A stretch of DNA of 64,000 bases from a virus (taxonomy: Duplodnaviria; Caudoviricetes). Positions 10,198 through 19,752 of the stretch are shown here, piece by piece; within the stretch, counting starts at the first letter, position 1, and each line of letters opens with the position of its first letter. Under the pieces are notes generated by a model. The model searched no databases. It saw only the letters and a program-made list of their open reading frames with translations, and was not told the DNA's origin. The DNA is taken from the IMG/VR virus record IMGVR_UViG_3300048881_000780; one strand, given 5' to 3'. A program made the position numbers and the translations under genes.

Positions 10198-10869
10198 TTA
10201 TAGAATTTCAATTGAAAAAGTTAATACATCTGAGAAAACACCTCTATGAAGCTGTCTTGCTTTCAGTGGTGGCATTTTAACAGTTAGACTTCCACTCTCA
10301 TCTCCAACTACACCAGCTGATGATTTTGATGGCTCTGCTACAAGAGGATCTACAAATAGATTCTTTGCAGTCTTATGAGAATCTGAAATACTTAGTGCTT
10401 GTGCTTCACAGTCAACCTGAGTAAGTGCGGCACCGTAACCAAGAGCATTTGAAACTGCTTGAGTTGGAAGACTCTCTCCAGATGCACCAAATAGAGAAGC
10501 AGTATCCCCTGCTAGTTGGTAAGGAATTGAGTAAGCTGAACAAAGTTTAGCACCTTGACTTCCAAAATTTAATCCGTCAATGGCAGAGTGTCTAAGAACA
10601 AATCCATTTTGAGACTGAACTTTAACTTCCCAGTTCTTCATATTTGAATACATTCTTAAATCAATACTAGAGTCAGCTAGAACTTCATCTTCGCTGGCCA
10701 TAATACCTTTATCCATTTGGGCCTTATTAGTAATTTCAATTTCAACTTTCTTCTCGATATGAGTATGTAAGTTAAATTGTCTATCTTCTGCTGTAAACTC
10801 TGCACCAGGATCAGCAAATGAGAAACCTGACGATAATAGAGCAAGACCAATAATTGTTTTCTTTAACAT
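10198..10869 (-). CDS. Chaperone-usher-type pilin subunit
   Basis: Signal peptide, SQNGFVLRH, SIPYQL, C-terminal GVFSDVLTFSIEIL. Confidence 0.65.
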   Translation of the reverse strand: MLKKTIIGLALLSSGFSFADPGAEFTAEDRQFNLHTHIEKKVEIEITNKAQMDKGIMASEDEVLADSSIDLRMYSNMKNWEVKVQSQNGFVLRHSAIDGLNFGSQGAKLCSAYSIPYQLAGDTASLFGASGESLPTQAVSNALGYGAALTQVDCEAQALSISDSHKTAKNLFVDPLVAEPSKSSAGVVGDESGSLTVKMPPLKARQLHRGVFSDVLTFSIEIL

Positions 10870-11051
10870 ATTTTTCCTCCAAAATTGTTTTTAAAATCCA
10901 ACTTCCCCACTATTATATATTTTTTTAAAAAAAATTTAAAAGTTACCAATCCTCCCAATTAAAGACCTCCTTTATGTACAATTCTCACATTGAATACCCC
11001 TACATAGTGAATTCAGCAACTTACAAGAAATGGGTAAAGTTGTATGAAATA

Positions 11052-11068
11052 TTAACACCTTATGTTAT
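11052..11068. promoter_or_regulatory. 17-bp operator overlapping the extended -10 of recD2
   Basis: TTAACACCTTATGTTAT overlaps TATAAT at 11066-11071. Confidence 0.65.
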
Positions 11069-11078
11069 AATATAGCCT

Positions 11079-13244
11079 ATGAAAGTAACTGCGTCTTTAA
11101 AGAGAGTGATTTATCAAAATGAAAAGAATTGGGGTATCTATATCTTTTCTATAAAGGATTCCTTTAAAGATATCAAAGTAACTGGAGTTATCAATAAACC
11201 TGTAAAGGGTGTGAATTTCTCGCTAGATTTAGAATCAATATCAAATAATGAATATGGTGATCAATATAAGATAAACTCGATTATCTTAGAGACGGATTTA
11301 AATGACCCCGCGCAAATACTCGCGGTACTAAGCAGTGGCCTTATACCTGGAGTGAGAGAGAAGATGGCCCTAACTCTCCTTAAGGAGTTCAGGGAAGATA
11401 TTGGTGATATTATTAAAGACCACCCTATGGAGCTTACTAGAATTAAAGGTATTACTAAAAAGAAGGCCCTATTAATTCAAGAAGCTTGGATAAATATTGA
11501 AGTAAATAGTCACTACTTAAGTATTTTAATTGCTAAAGGATTCACTAAAAACAGGGCCCAATTTATTTGCGAAAATCACGATCAACCATTTATAGAGAGC
11601 GCTCTTTTAAATCCCTATGAATTCACAAAAGTTAAAGGAATTGGCTTTAGATTAATAGATGAGCTCGCCGTGGCAAACTTTAAAATAGAAAGAGATTGTA
11701 TCCATAGGATTCGATCTGGAATCAAGTGCGCTCTAAAGGAATCTCAAACTAATGGGAGTTTCTATATTAATGTCATAGATCTGACAAATAGAACCACTGA
11801 ATTATTTAAAGGTGACTTTAGCTTCGATGATATCTTTATAAAGATTAAACAAATGGCAAAAGAAGATAATCTCCTACATCACTGTAAAGTAGATGGAGAA
11901 GTATACTTGTGCTTTCCAAAAGATAGAGAATTGGAAATAAAATTAGCGCAAGAAATTGAGCGACTTAAAGAAGAGATTGAAATTGACTACTCAAAGGCCA
12001 ATGAGGCCATGGCCCAAGCAATTGATGACATTGGCTATCCATTAGATGAAATTCAAAAGATTGCCATATTAAAATCACTAGGAAATAGGATTTCAATCAT
12101 TACAGGTGGTCCTGGTAGAGGTAAAACCACCGTCGCTAGAACACTAATTGAAACACTGGAAAACCTCGAGGGAAATAAAGTTACTTATCTAAATGCCCTA
12201 TCAGCTAAGGCCGCAAAGAAAATCGGAGAATCCTGTCAAAGGGATTCCTCTACTCTACACTCACTACTTAGAATTGGTGGTGACGAAAGTGCAGAAATTA
12301 ACTTAGGTACAATTCATGGTGATCTTTTTATTATCGACGAGAGCTCTATGGTTGGTTCAAGTCTATTCTACACTTATCTAAGTGTTATTCCTTCTACTGC
12401 CCGAGTTGTAATACTAGGAGATCCCGATCAGCTACAAAGTATTGATTGTGGTAATGTTTTAAGAGATCTTATCTCTTCTGGAAAAATCCCTGTTACCACT
12501 CTTGAGAAAATTTATAGAGTTAAGAATGGGTCTGAAAATATCATTATTAGCTCTGATAAAGTTATCCAAGGTGAAATTCCAACGATTGAAGATTTTGACC
12601 AGTCAATTGTTTCACAAAGTGTAGGTTTCCTAAAAACAGATGATGTTAAAAATATTTGCGATATCTTTCTTAGTTACGAAAGAAGGAGAATAGATTCGCA
12701 GATATTATCTCCATACAAAAAAGGAGAGCTTGGTACAGAAAATATCAACAAAATAATTCAAGCTAGATACTTTTCTCACCTTGGTGATGATTGCTTTATG
12801 AGTAAAAAACATAAAGATAAGAGATTTTATATAGGTGATCGAGTTATTCAGACCCAAAACACTAGATATAGTGACATATATCTATGTAATGGTTCTATCG
12901 GTGTCGTTATTGATTACCTATATAAGAAAGATGGCACTATAAAAGGAATAATAGTTGAATTTGACGACATTATTGTTGAGATTATAAGTCCTACTCACAT
13001 AGAACTAGCGTACGCTACGACTGTTCATAAAGCACAGGGAAATGAGTACAGCTGTGTTTTAATGGCCGTATCAAAGGCCCATTACCACTTAATGAGTCGA
13101 GAACTCCTTTACACTGGAATGACTCGAGCAAAGGAGAAATTAATTCTCTTTGGAGATAAGAGAGCATTAAGTTTATACTGTATAAAAGAAAACCAAAAAA
13201 GAATCTCTTTTCTAAAAGAAGAGATCTTAAAGTTAGTATCTTAA
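11079..13244 (+). CDS. recD2: RecD2-like SF1B DNA helicase
   Basis: N-terminal HhH motifs (IPGV, IKGI, VKGIGF), GGPGRGKT, IIDESSM, GDPDQL, YATTVHKAQGNEY, LLYTGMTRAK. Confidence 0.93.
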   Translation: MKVTASLKRVIYQNEKNWGIYIFSIKDSFKDIKVTGVINKPVKGVNFSLDLESISNNEYGDQYKINSIILETDLNDPAQILAVLSSGLIPGVREKMALTLLKEFREDIGDIIKDHPMELTRIKGITKKKALLIQEAWINIEVNSHYLSILIAKGFTKNRAQFICENHDQPFIESALLNPYEFTKVKGIGFRLIDELAVANFKIERDCIHRIRSGIKCALKESQTNGSFYINVIDLTNRTTELFKGDFSFDDIFIKIKQMAKEDNLLHHCKVDGEVYLCFPKDRELEIKLAQEIERLKEEIEIDYSKANEAMAQAIDDIGYPLDEIQKIAILKSLGNRISIITGGPGRGKTTVARTLIETLENLEGNKVTYLNALSAKAAKKIGESCQRDSSTLHSLLRIGGDESAEINLGTIHGDLFIIDESSMVGSSLFYTYLSVIPSTARVVILGDPDQLQSIDCGNVLRDLISSGKIPVTTLEKIYRVKNGSENIIISSDKVIQGEIPTIEDFDQSIVSQSVGFLKTDDVKNICDIFLSYERRRIDSQILSPYKKGELGTENINKIIQARYFSHLGDDCFMSKKHKDKRFYIGDRVIQTQNTRYSDIYLCNGSIGVVIDYLYKKDGTIKGIIVEFDDIIVEIISPTHIELAYATTVHKAQGNEYSCVLMAVSKAHYHLMSRELLYTGMTRAKEKLILFGDKRALSLYCIKENQKRISFLKEEILKLVS

Positions 13245-13246
13245 TA

Positions 13247-14314
13247 ATGGCATTATTTTTTAACCCCAATTTAACTATTGATGACAATATTGTAGAAGTA
13301 ATTCTAAAGAGCTCTAAATTTAATAAGAGTGAACTTCGTCACATAAGATCACTGGTTGCCAATATTGTATTAAATACCAATTGTTATATTCCACTTAATA
13401 ATAGATTTTGGCCCAAGTTGAGCGAGAGGTATAACCCTCAAAAGTTAAATTACAATGGTCTTCTTAAGGCCGTTGAAACTCTTGAGGCCAAGAAGATTAT
13501 TTCTAAGTCTTGGGCGCCTGGCATGAGAGCAACTAAGCTTGATACCCTTTGTGATCTAGATCTCTATAAGGCTGGAGTTAAATTTTGCTACAATAGAGAA
13601 CTCATTGTTCTTAGAAGTGAATTTAGAGAACCCCTTCCCTATGAAGATACTAATAGATTATCAATGCAAAGAAGAGCTCTTAAGAAGATTAATGATCTAA
13701 ATGCTTCATTTGACATTGAACTTGGTAACTCTAAACTAGAAACCGATTTAACCAGATTATACAAAATTGACTTCAACTCGGGGGGAAGATTCTTTGCTCC
13801 CTATCAATTTATTGAAAAAGATAAGAGAAAGTACATAACTATTAACAAAGAAAAGACTGTCGAAATTGATTACCAGTCTATGCATATCTACTTGGCATTT
13901 CATCTTCTAGGACAAGTCGCTCCGGTTGGGGATTTTTATAATCACCCATTTATCCAAAGAGACATTGTAAAGTTAGCAACACTTATCTCCTTAAATGCTA
14001 AGAGCTTTAAAGAGGCCATATTCGCGCTCTCTAAGAAAACAGGACTAAGTGACTTAGATAGTGAAAATATTCTAAGATCAATTACAGCTAATTCTCCCTA
14101 CTTTAATGAAATATTCTATTCAGGGATTGCCCTTAAGTTACAAAAACTAGAAAGTGATACTATCTTTGATATTATGAAATATGCTACAAAGAAGAAGCTT
14201 CCTCACTTAGTGGTTCACGACTCATTTATAGTTAGAGAAAAAGAGCAAGAAATCGTTCGCGCCATGATGATTGATATTCCTAAGAAATTAAATGATTTAA
14301 ATCTCTACTTGTAA
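13247..14314 (+). CDS. Minimal family-A-like DNA polymerase (palm/fingers only)
   Basis: GGRFF, motif A VEIDYQSMH, motif B-like RDIVK, LQKLES, motif C VHDSF; no exonuclease domains. Confidence 0.65.
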   Translation: MALFFNPNLTIDDNIVEVILKSSKFNKSELRHIRSLVANIVLNTNCYIPLNNRFWPKLSERYNPQKLNYNGLLKAVETLEAKKIISKSWAPGMRATKLDTLCDLDLYKAGVKFCYNRELIVLRSEFREPLPYEDTNRLSMQRRALKKINDLNASFDIELGNSKLETDLTRLYKIDFNSGGRFFAPYQFIEKDKRKYITINKEKTVEIDYQSMHIYLAFHLLGQVAPVGDFYNHPFIQRDIVKLATLISLNAKSFKEAIFALSKKTGLSDLDSENILRSITANSPYFNEIFYSGIALKLQKLESDTIFDIMKYATKKKLPHLVVHDSFIVREKEQEIVRAMMIDIPKKLNDLNLYL

Positions 14315-14451
14315 GACATTGAATATTGGTAATTCATGTAATTATTCTATGTCAATGATCACCTAGTGACATTAGTTTGTTACATCTAAGTAAATTAATT
14401 ACGATAAATATTATAATGAAACTAGGTTTCAAAATATTAGAATTGGTAATT

Positions 14452-14889
14452 ATGAATTTTACGATTAATAAGAACACATTTATTCTAGAAAAATGCAAGA
14501 AGACTGTAGTCGAAGGACAACTAGTTCCAGACTACCCAAGAAAGCTTGTTATTTTAAAAATACTACAGGCCATAATCTTAAGACCAGGTAAACTAACTGG
14601 AAACGAAGTATTCTTTATTAGAAAAGAATTTGGACTATCTAAGGTAAAGCTTGGACAAATGTTTGGAACAAGTCACACTGCCGTAGCTAAGTGGGAAGCC
14701 AGTAAGAATCAGGCAAGTTGTATGGATTTATTAAAAGATAAAGAGTTAAGACTCTCTATTTTTAAATATATTGCTAAAGAGGTTAAATTATCACAAAGAC
14801 AAATTGAAAGTGAGTTTTTTAACCTATATCAAAATATTCCAAAGATTCAAAAAAAGAAGAGCTCACCTATTAAAGTCATTATGGAGTAG
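14452..14889 (+). CDS. XRE-family HTH protein, MqsA-like antitoxin
   Basis: LTGNEVFFIRKEFGLSKVKLGQMFGTSHTAVAKWE. Start uncertain; the ORF track gives TTG at 14377. Confidence 0.7.
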   Translation: MNFTINKNTFILEKCKKTVVEGQLVPDYPRKLVILKILQAIILRPGKLTGNEVFFIRKEFGLSKVKLGQMFGTSHTAVAKWEASKNQASCMDLLKDKELRLSIFKYIAKEVKLSQRQIESEFFNLYQNIPKIQKKKSSPIKVIME

Positions 14890-15079
14890 TTCTGTTAAAA
14901 GCAGATCTTAAAGCATCTAAAGCCTCATCACCCAGCGAGTGCTCTTCTTTTACTTTTAGACATTCTTCAAACTCTTCGTCTTTGTATCTTTCAACATCTA
15001 GAACGAGATCCTCCATTGAGAACTCTGCCCCTAAATCCCTATGTCCATATTTTTCTTCAAAGTATTTCATATAACTCAT
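14879..15079 (-). CDS. Small acidic hypothetical protein
   Basis: 66 aa, AGGA SD, follows the upstream gene by 8 bp. Confidence 0.55.
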   Translation of the reverse strand: MSYMKYFEEKYGHRDLGAEFSMEDLVLDVERYKDEEFEECLKVKEEHSLGDEALDALRSAFNRTTP

Positions 15080-15087
15080 AGTAAATC

Positions 15088-15876
15088 CTAAGCAACTTTT
15101 AAAAAGTTATAGTTTCCAAATTCATTTTCAAAGTAATCATCTAGATCGTCTCCGACCATCTCAAATATCCATCTATTTTCTTTAACGATAGGAATATAGT
15201 TTTTCTCATCTTGAACTTCTAGCGTACAAACACTAGTAAAGATTGACATGAATTTTGAGTCAACTAATAGTTTTCTCCAGTTTTCACAGTGATGACTAAA
15301 TAGAATATTCTTCTTTGGTGCCTGAGTGCCATCTTTTCCGTAAACTTGAGTCCCCATAAAGGCACACATTGCATGTAAGAAGTTTCCACGATACGAGGCA
15401 CCTCTTTTTAAATGATCCCAAACACTCTTTCTAAAACTTAAATGATCCTCGATCTCAACAGTCGCATAGCGTTTTGACTCAAGAAAAATTCTATACTCAT
15501 CAAAACATCTCACCATAAACTGATAAGACTCTTCGTCTTCATGGATTACACTATCGTAGAAGTATGTTAGAGATAGTTGATCAAGACTAGTGAAGTTAAC
15601 TTTTTCAAACTCACACTCTAAAAAGAAGCTCAATGAAACAGAGGCCTTTTCAAAGCTAATATTCTTAAATGAACAATTTATAAAAATACAATTTTCAATA
15701 TATAATTCTTTGTAATCGACATTATCAAAAGAGCAGTTTACATAGATCTTACTTTTTATTTTTTCATTTTTAAACTTCTTCTTCTTTAACTTTAAATCAA
15801 GAAATTCCTTTCTCCTTCCTTTTGGTAGAATTTTCTTTTCCTTCAGTAGATCCAACCACTTCTTCTTTAATTCCAT
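15088..15876 (-). CDS. Pentapeptide-repeat-like protein
   Basis: NCSFDNVDY..NCIFINCSFKNISF..ECEFEKVNF shows 5-residue periodicity. Confidence 0.6.
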   Translation of the reverse strand: MELKKKWLDLLKEKKILPKGRRKEFLDLKLKKKKFKNEKIKSKIYVNCSFDNVDYKELYIENCIFINCSFKNISFEKASVSLSFFLECEFEKVNFTSLDQLSLTYFYDSVIHEDEESYQFMVRCFDEYRIFLESKRYATVEIEDHLSFRKSVWDHLKRGASYRGNFLHAMCAFMGTQVYGKDGTQAPKKNILFSHHCENWRKLLVDSKFMSIFTSVCTLEVQDEKNYIPIVKENRWIFEMVGDDLDDYFENEFGNYNFLKVA

Positions 15877-15933
15877 ATCTTTTCCAATCCGTGTGTGCGG
15901 TAAAATAGTAAGTCAAATACTATTAATTAAATC

Positions 15934-15950
15934 TTAACACTTTGCGGTAA
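15934..15950. promoter_or_regulatory. 17-bp palindromic operator copy
   Basis: TTAACACTTTGCGGTAA. Confidence 0.6.
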
Positions 15951-16148
15951 CTAAAAAAAGAAATAAACTTGCAATCTAATTTTCAAATAATCCATAAGAT
16001 ACTGAAACTAGTTAACTCTTGACCGCTTGCGACACATTTTTATCTATTTTTCTATTCTTTTATCTCGATATTGAAGGTCTTTGATTAGTTTTCTGTACAT
16101 TTTCCATATATCCTCTTGATTTTTAATACCTCTGCAAAGCTCCCCAAA

Positions 16149-16187
16149 ATTGCACCAAATTTATTTACATTGCACCAAAATGCACAA
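16149..16187. repeat. Short direct repeats ATTGCACCAAA x2 plus a partial copy
   Basis: Copies at 16149-16159 and 16169-16179; ATGCACAA at 16180-16187. Confidence 0.6.
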
Positions 16188-16244
16188 GTGAAGCTATGCT
16201 ACCTGTTAGCCAAGTTTACGAAATTAACTTTAAAGGTTTTGCTT

Positions 16245-18533
16245 TTACTGAAATTCTTCAGTTACGAGTGATTTAAAATTAGAGATATCAATCTCTGTGG
16301 TGCCATCAATAATATCCATGCCCATATCTCCAGCATAGTTTTCAATACTCCACTGACCAGAAGTTACAACGGCTTCAATCTGAGCGTTAGCATCAGTTTT
16401 TTGATACTTGTATTCATTTAATTCTCTATTGGCCAAGTAGAATTCTCGACCAATGACAGGTTTGCCATTTTCATAAATTGTAAGTTTAATAATTTTTGAC
16501 TCTATCGTCTCTATATCTAGATAGTGACCAGAGTTTCTATAGTTATATATAGTTTGCTGAGAGTTTTTAATAGTATCATTTAAGCTCGTTAAATTAAGTC
16601 TTGAGATGTCATATGACTTTAGACCACCAATATAGCTAGTATTTAGTGAATCCAGATCTCCCTTATTGGAAGTAACTCCCTTTTTAGAAGTCAGAGCAAA
16701 TGGTTTATCTACTTCTCTATTAACTATGGCCATGGCCCCTGGAACAAAGAATAGAGAAGTCGAGGCCTTTAGTGAAACACTTTGATTTAAGCTCTCACTA
16801 TCCATTCTAGGGATTCTGACACTATATCCTTTGGAGAGGTAGAATAAATCGTTATTGTGGCTTAAAACTGAATTTAGACTCGATCCATTCTCATCATTAT
16901 TTGAAGTGACACTAAGGCTATTTTTATCGTGGGAAAAATTAAAATCATAATTAATTGAAAAGCTTTGGGCCTTTTGATCATTATATGAATAATTTAAACT
17001 TAAACCATTGTAGTGATAAGAACTATATAGTCGATATCGATAATTTCTATCAAATTTATCAAATTCTAAATCATACTCTCCTCCCACTTTAAAATCACTT
17101 AAGTTTAAAGAGAGATCTGTATTTATACTATCATTGAACCAACCACCAAAATCCTTAGATGCTCTATAACCATAACTTAGAGCAAAAGGCCCCCATCTCT
17201 TAGAGATATTAAAAGACATTGATAAATTATCAAAATCAGAACTAGAGTACTCCTTATCTTGATATTGAGTTTGCAATGTAAAGTTATGCCCAAATAAACT
17301 AAGAGGAATATTAGACTGATAGGACGAACCAAAGTCTTCACCTCTTTTTCTATAATTAGAATTAAGCTTTAAATTACCAAACCTAGAAGCGTATATATAG
17401 TTTTGACCTACTTCATAATTTCCTAATTCACTAAAAAAGACAGAACTTTCAAGAGTTAGATTCTTTGTTACCCCATATGCCGCGGCCACAAAGTACTCAT
17501 CAATATTTGGCAATTCTGAGTAGAATTCACTTTGATCTGATCTCTTTCCAGTTGCAGAAATATCCCAATAGAACTTACCTGGTGAAATTAAATCAGAAGA
17601 GCCCATCACTTGGTACTCAATAATCCTCTTTTTCTTGTCCTCATCAGTAATGACTATTTTTACATCGTTAAATTCATTGTAAAACGGCAACCCCTCTAGA
17701 GTGTGAACTCCCTTATCTAAGTGAAGTGAGCTAACATTTTTAGAGTTAACAATAATATCAACTTTAGATCTTTTCTTTAGAATGATTTTTCTTGAGTATT
17801 CATTTCTTATATCAATATCTTTAAGGCCACTACCTCGATTACCAATTCTTATACCACTTCCTGAGTGGGACTGATTTCCATAATTAAGAGAGCTGATATT
17901 TAAAAAGTTAAAGTATAGATTATGCTCTGGGAAATCTAGATATCCCCTGGGCTCATCAATCATCCACTTATCTCTTGATGATTTCTTAGTCACTTCAGAA
18001 TCAAGCCATATTCTCCATAATTGCAGGCCACCATCTAAATTAATTCCAGTGGTGCTCTTTCTCTCTTTTGTTAAGCCCATATTGTGGTCTAAATTAACTC
18101 TAAATTGTCCCGAAAATATACTAGGCCTTAATGCCTCAACTTCCCAAGGACGCTGTTCACCTTCTTTTAAATTACTCTTAGTTCCCTTATAGAATTTTGA
18201 TGGTAAATCTAACTTAATAGTCATGGTTTCCATCTCGTAATCAAATTTATAAGAAGAGATGTCACTTTTAGACAGCTTTTGAAATAGTTTATCTCTAAAT
18301 TCTTTTTTTATTTTATTTTTAGAAAAATGAGAGTTCTTTAATCCACTTAGGTCAATACTAACGAGAGTTTCTCCATCAGCATATGCCTCAACCTCTCCCA
18401 CATAGCTTCCCCCAATATACATAGTGCCAAGGACTAAGTCCTTGGCACTGGAGTTTGTGCTATATAAAAACACAAGGAGAAACACATGCAGAGAATAAAG
18501 GAGGCACCCTCTGTGTAATTTTTTATCAAACAA
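16245..18533 (-). CDS. Fimbrial outer-membrane usher-like protein
   Basis: 762 aa, signal peptide, plug-like KRSKVDIIVN..LDKGVHTLEGLPFYNEFNDVKIVITD, DLISPGKFYW, YGVTKNLTL, Tyr/Ser-rich beta-barrel strands; directly downstream of the chaperone. Confidence 0.75.
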   Translation of the reverse strand: MFDKKLHRGCLLYSLHVFLLVFLYSTNSSAKDLVLGTMYIGGSYVGEVEAYADGETLVSIDLSGLKNSHFSKNKIKKEFRDKLFQKLSKSDISSYKFDYEMETMTIKLDLPSKFYKGTKSNLKEGEQRPWEVEALRPSIFSGQFRVNLDHNMGLTKERKSTTGINLDGGLQLWRIWLDSEVTKKSSRDKWMIDEPRGYLDFPEHNLYFNFLNISSLNYGNQSHSGSGIRIGNRGSGLKDIDIRNEYSRKIILKKRSKVDIIVNSKNVSSLHLDKGVHTLEGLPFYNEFNDVKIVITDEDKKKRIIEYQVMGSSDLISPGKFYWDISATGKRSDQSEFYSELPNIDEYFVAAAYGVTKNLTLESSVFFSELGNYEVGQNYIYASRFGNLKLNSNYRKRGEDFGSSYQSNIPLSLFGHNFTLQTQYQDKEYSSSDFDNLSMSFNISKRWGPFALSYGYRASKDFGGWFNDSINTDLSLNLSDFKVGGEYDLEFDKFDRNYRYRLYSSYHYNGLSLNYSYNDQKAQSFSINYDFNFSHDKNSLSVTSNNDENGSSLNSVLSHNNDLFYLSKGYSVRIPRMDSESLNQSVSLKASTSLFFVPGAMAIVNREVDKPFALTSKKGVTSNKGDLDSLNTSYIGGLKSYDISRLNLTSLNDTIKNSQQTIYNYRNSGHYLDIETIESKIIKLTIYENGKPVIGREFYLANRELNEYKYQKTDANAQIEAVVTSGQWSIENYAGDMGMDIIDGTTEIDISNFKSLVTEEFQ

Positions 18534-18537
18534 TTCA

Positions 18538-19521
18538 CTATTCCTTAATCGAAACCTTTAAATCCTTTTGACAGCTTTTAAGATCCGATTTGCTAAGTGC
18601 CATATGAAAGTCCATTTCACTTTTGGCCAGAACATTAGTGATTGCATTGGTCTTCTTTACGAAGCTTGATTTAACAACTTTTCCATTACATTTTAATTTT
18701 AGAGTTTTAAACATTACATTCTTTGAACCAACATTTTTTACTCTAACTACCACTCTGTCCTTCTTAACTGTCTTATTAGCTATTTTAAGGTTTCCAGCAG
18801 TAGTCTTAGATCCATTAACATAGATATTTCCAACATATCTAAGTCTTTGAATTATCTGAGTTCTTGTTCCCTTTGCCTTCTTATCTCTCTTAGGCATTTC
18901 AGGGACTTGTGTGAAAATAACTCTATAACTCTTTTGTTTTGAGAAATTATGATCACCAGTGTAGAGAACTTTTACTACCGCACTACCTGGTTTTCCGTCC
19001 TTCGCTGGTGGAATAAACACTGGTGAGCGATAAATTTTAAATTCTTTTGCTAAAGGTCTTGCTCTTGTTTTAACCATCTCTCTTAGTGGTAAGACAGTGT
19101 CTCTTAACTCTTTTTGAGTCAAAATAGTTTTGGCCTTCTTGCCTTTTCCACTCTTTTGAAAGAGAATTCTCTCAATGGCCATAAATTCATTTGCTTCAAG
19201 AATATGAGTCTTTTCTAGTTTATTTAATAATTTAGATAGGACTTCTTTATTCTTTTTAGAAATAAGCTTATGATTTTCTAGTTTTCTTAATTTTCTAAGA
19301 GTACTTTCAACATTTAAAAATACTTCCTTTTCAGTTCCATCTAACAGTTGAATTCTGTGAGCAGTATCAACAACTACCTCCATCTTCTTATTGGATCCAT
19401 TTTGTAACTTAAAAATAGCTACCTTTTGACCATTTTCCAGCGTTGCCGAAGTTGGGGATAACGAAAACCCGTAACTAAGAGTAGATAGGGTGAACATTAA
19501 TAACATTAAACATTTTTTCAT
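18538..19521 (-). CDS. Periplasmic pilus chaperone (PapD/FimC-like) with insertion
   Basis: Signal peptide, FSLSPTS, F.LQN, VKVLYTG, KQKSYRVIFTQVP, RYVGNIYV, VKNVGSKNV. Confidence 0.75.
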   Translation of the reverse strand: MKKCLMLLMFTLSTLSYGFSLSPTSATLENGQKVAIFKLQNGSNKKMEVVVDTAHRIQLLDGTEKEVFLNVESTLRKLRKLENHKLISKKNKEVLSKLLNKLEKTHILEANEFMAIERILFQKSGKGKKAKTILTQKELRDTVLPLREMVKTRARPLAKEFKIYRSPVFIPPAKDGKPGSAVVKVLYTGDHNFSKQKSYRVIFTQVPEMPKRDKKAKGTRTQIIQRLRYVGNIYVNGSKTTAGNLKIANKTVKKDRVVVRVKNVGSKNVMFKTLKLKCNGKVVKSSFVKKTNAITNVLAKSEMDFHMALSKSDLKSCQKDLKVSIKE

Positions 19522-19582
19522 TTTTTTCTCCTTTAATTAGTAACTACATTTTAAGGCACAAAGGAGTGGTAAGAATTAATTT

Positions 19583-19599
19583 TTAACATATTGCGTTTA
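19583..19599. promoter_or_regulatory. 17-bp palindromic operator copy (imperfect)
   Basis: TTAACATATTGCGTTTA upstream of the chaperone-usher operon. Confidence 0.5.
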
Positions 19600-19752
19600 A
19601 ATATAAATATTCAACAAGATAAGATAGGAACCACCATGGGGTATTCTCTATGATTACGAATACTTAAAAAGAAAACACTTCCATTCCTAGATCTTTTAAA
19701 GAAGGGGGCCTTAAGGCGTAAATTTGGACTTTAATTTATTTAAAATGAACAC

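Noticed and set aside
11052-11075. dif/XerD site (TTATGTTA)
   Set aside because: Only a partial XerD arm and no XerC arm; better explained as operator plus -10.
16060-16107. 15-aa minus-strand ORF with AGAGGA SD (MENVQKTNQRPSISR)
   Set aside because: Too short and featureless to support; may be a gene remnant.
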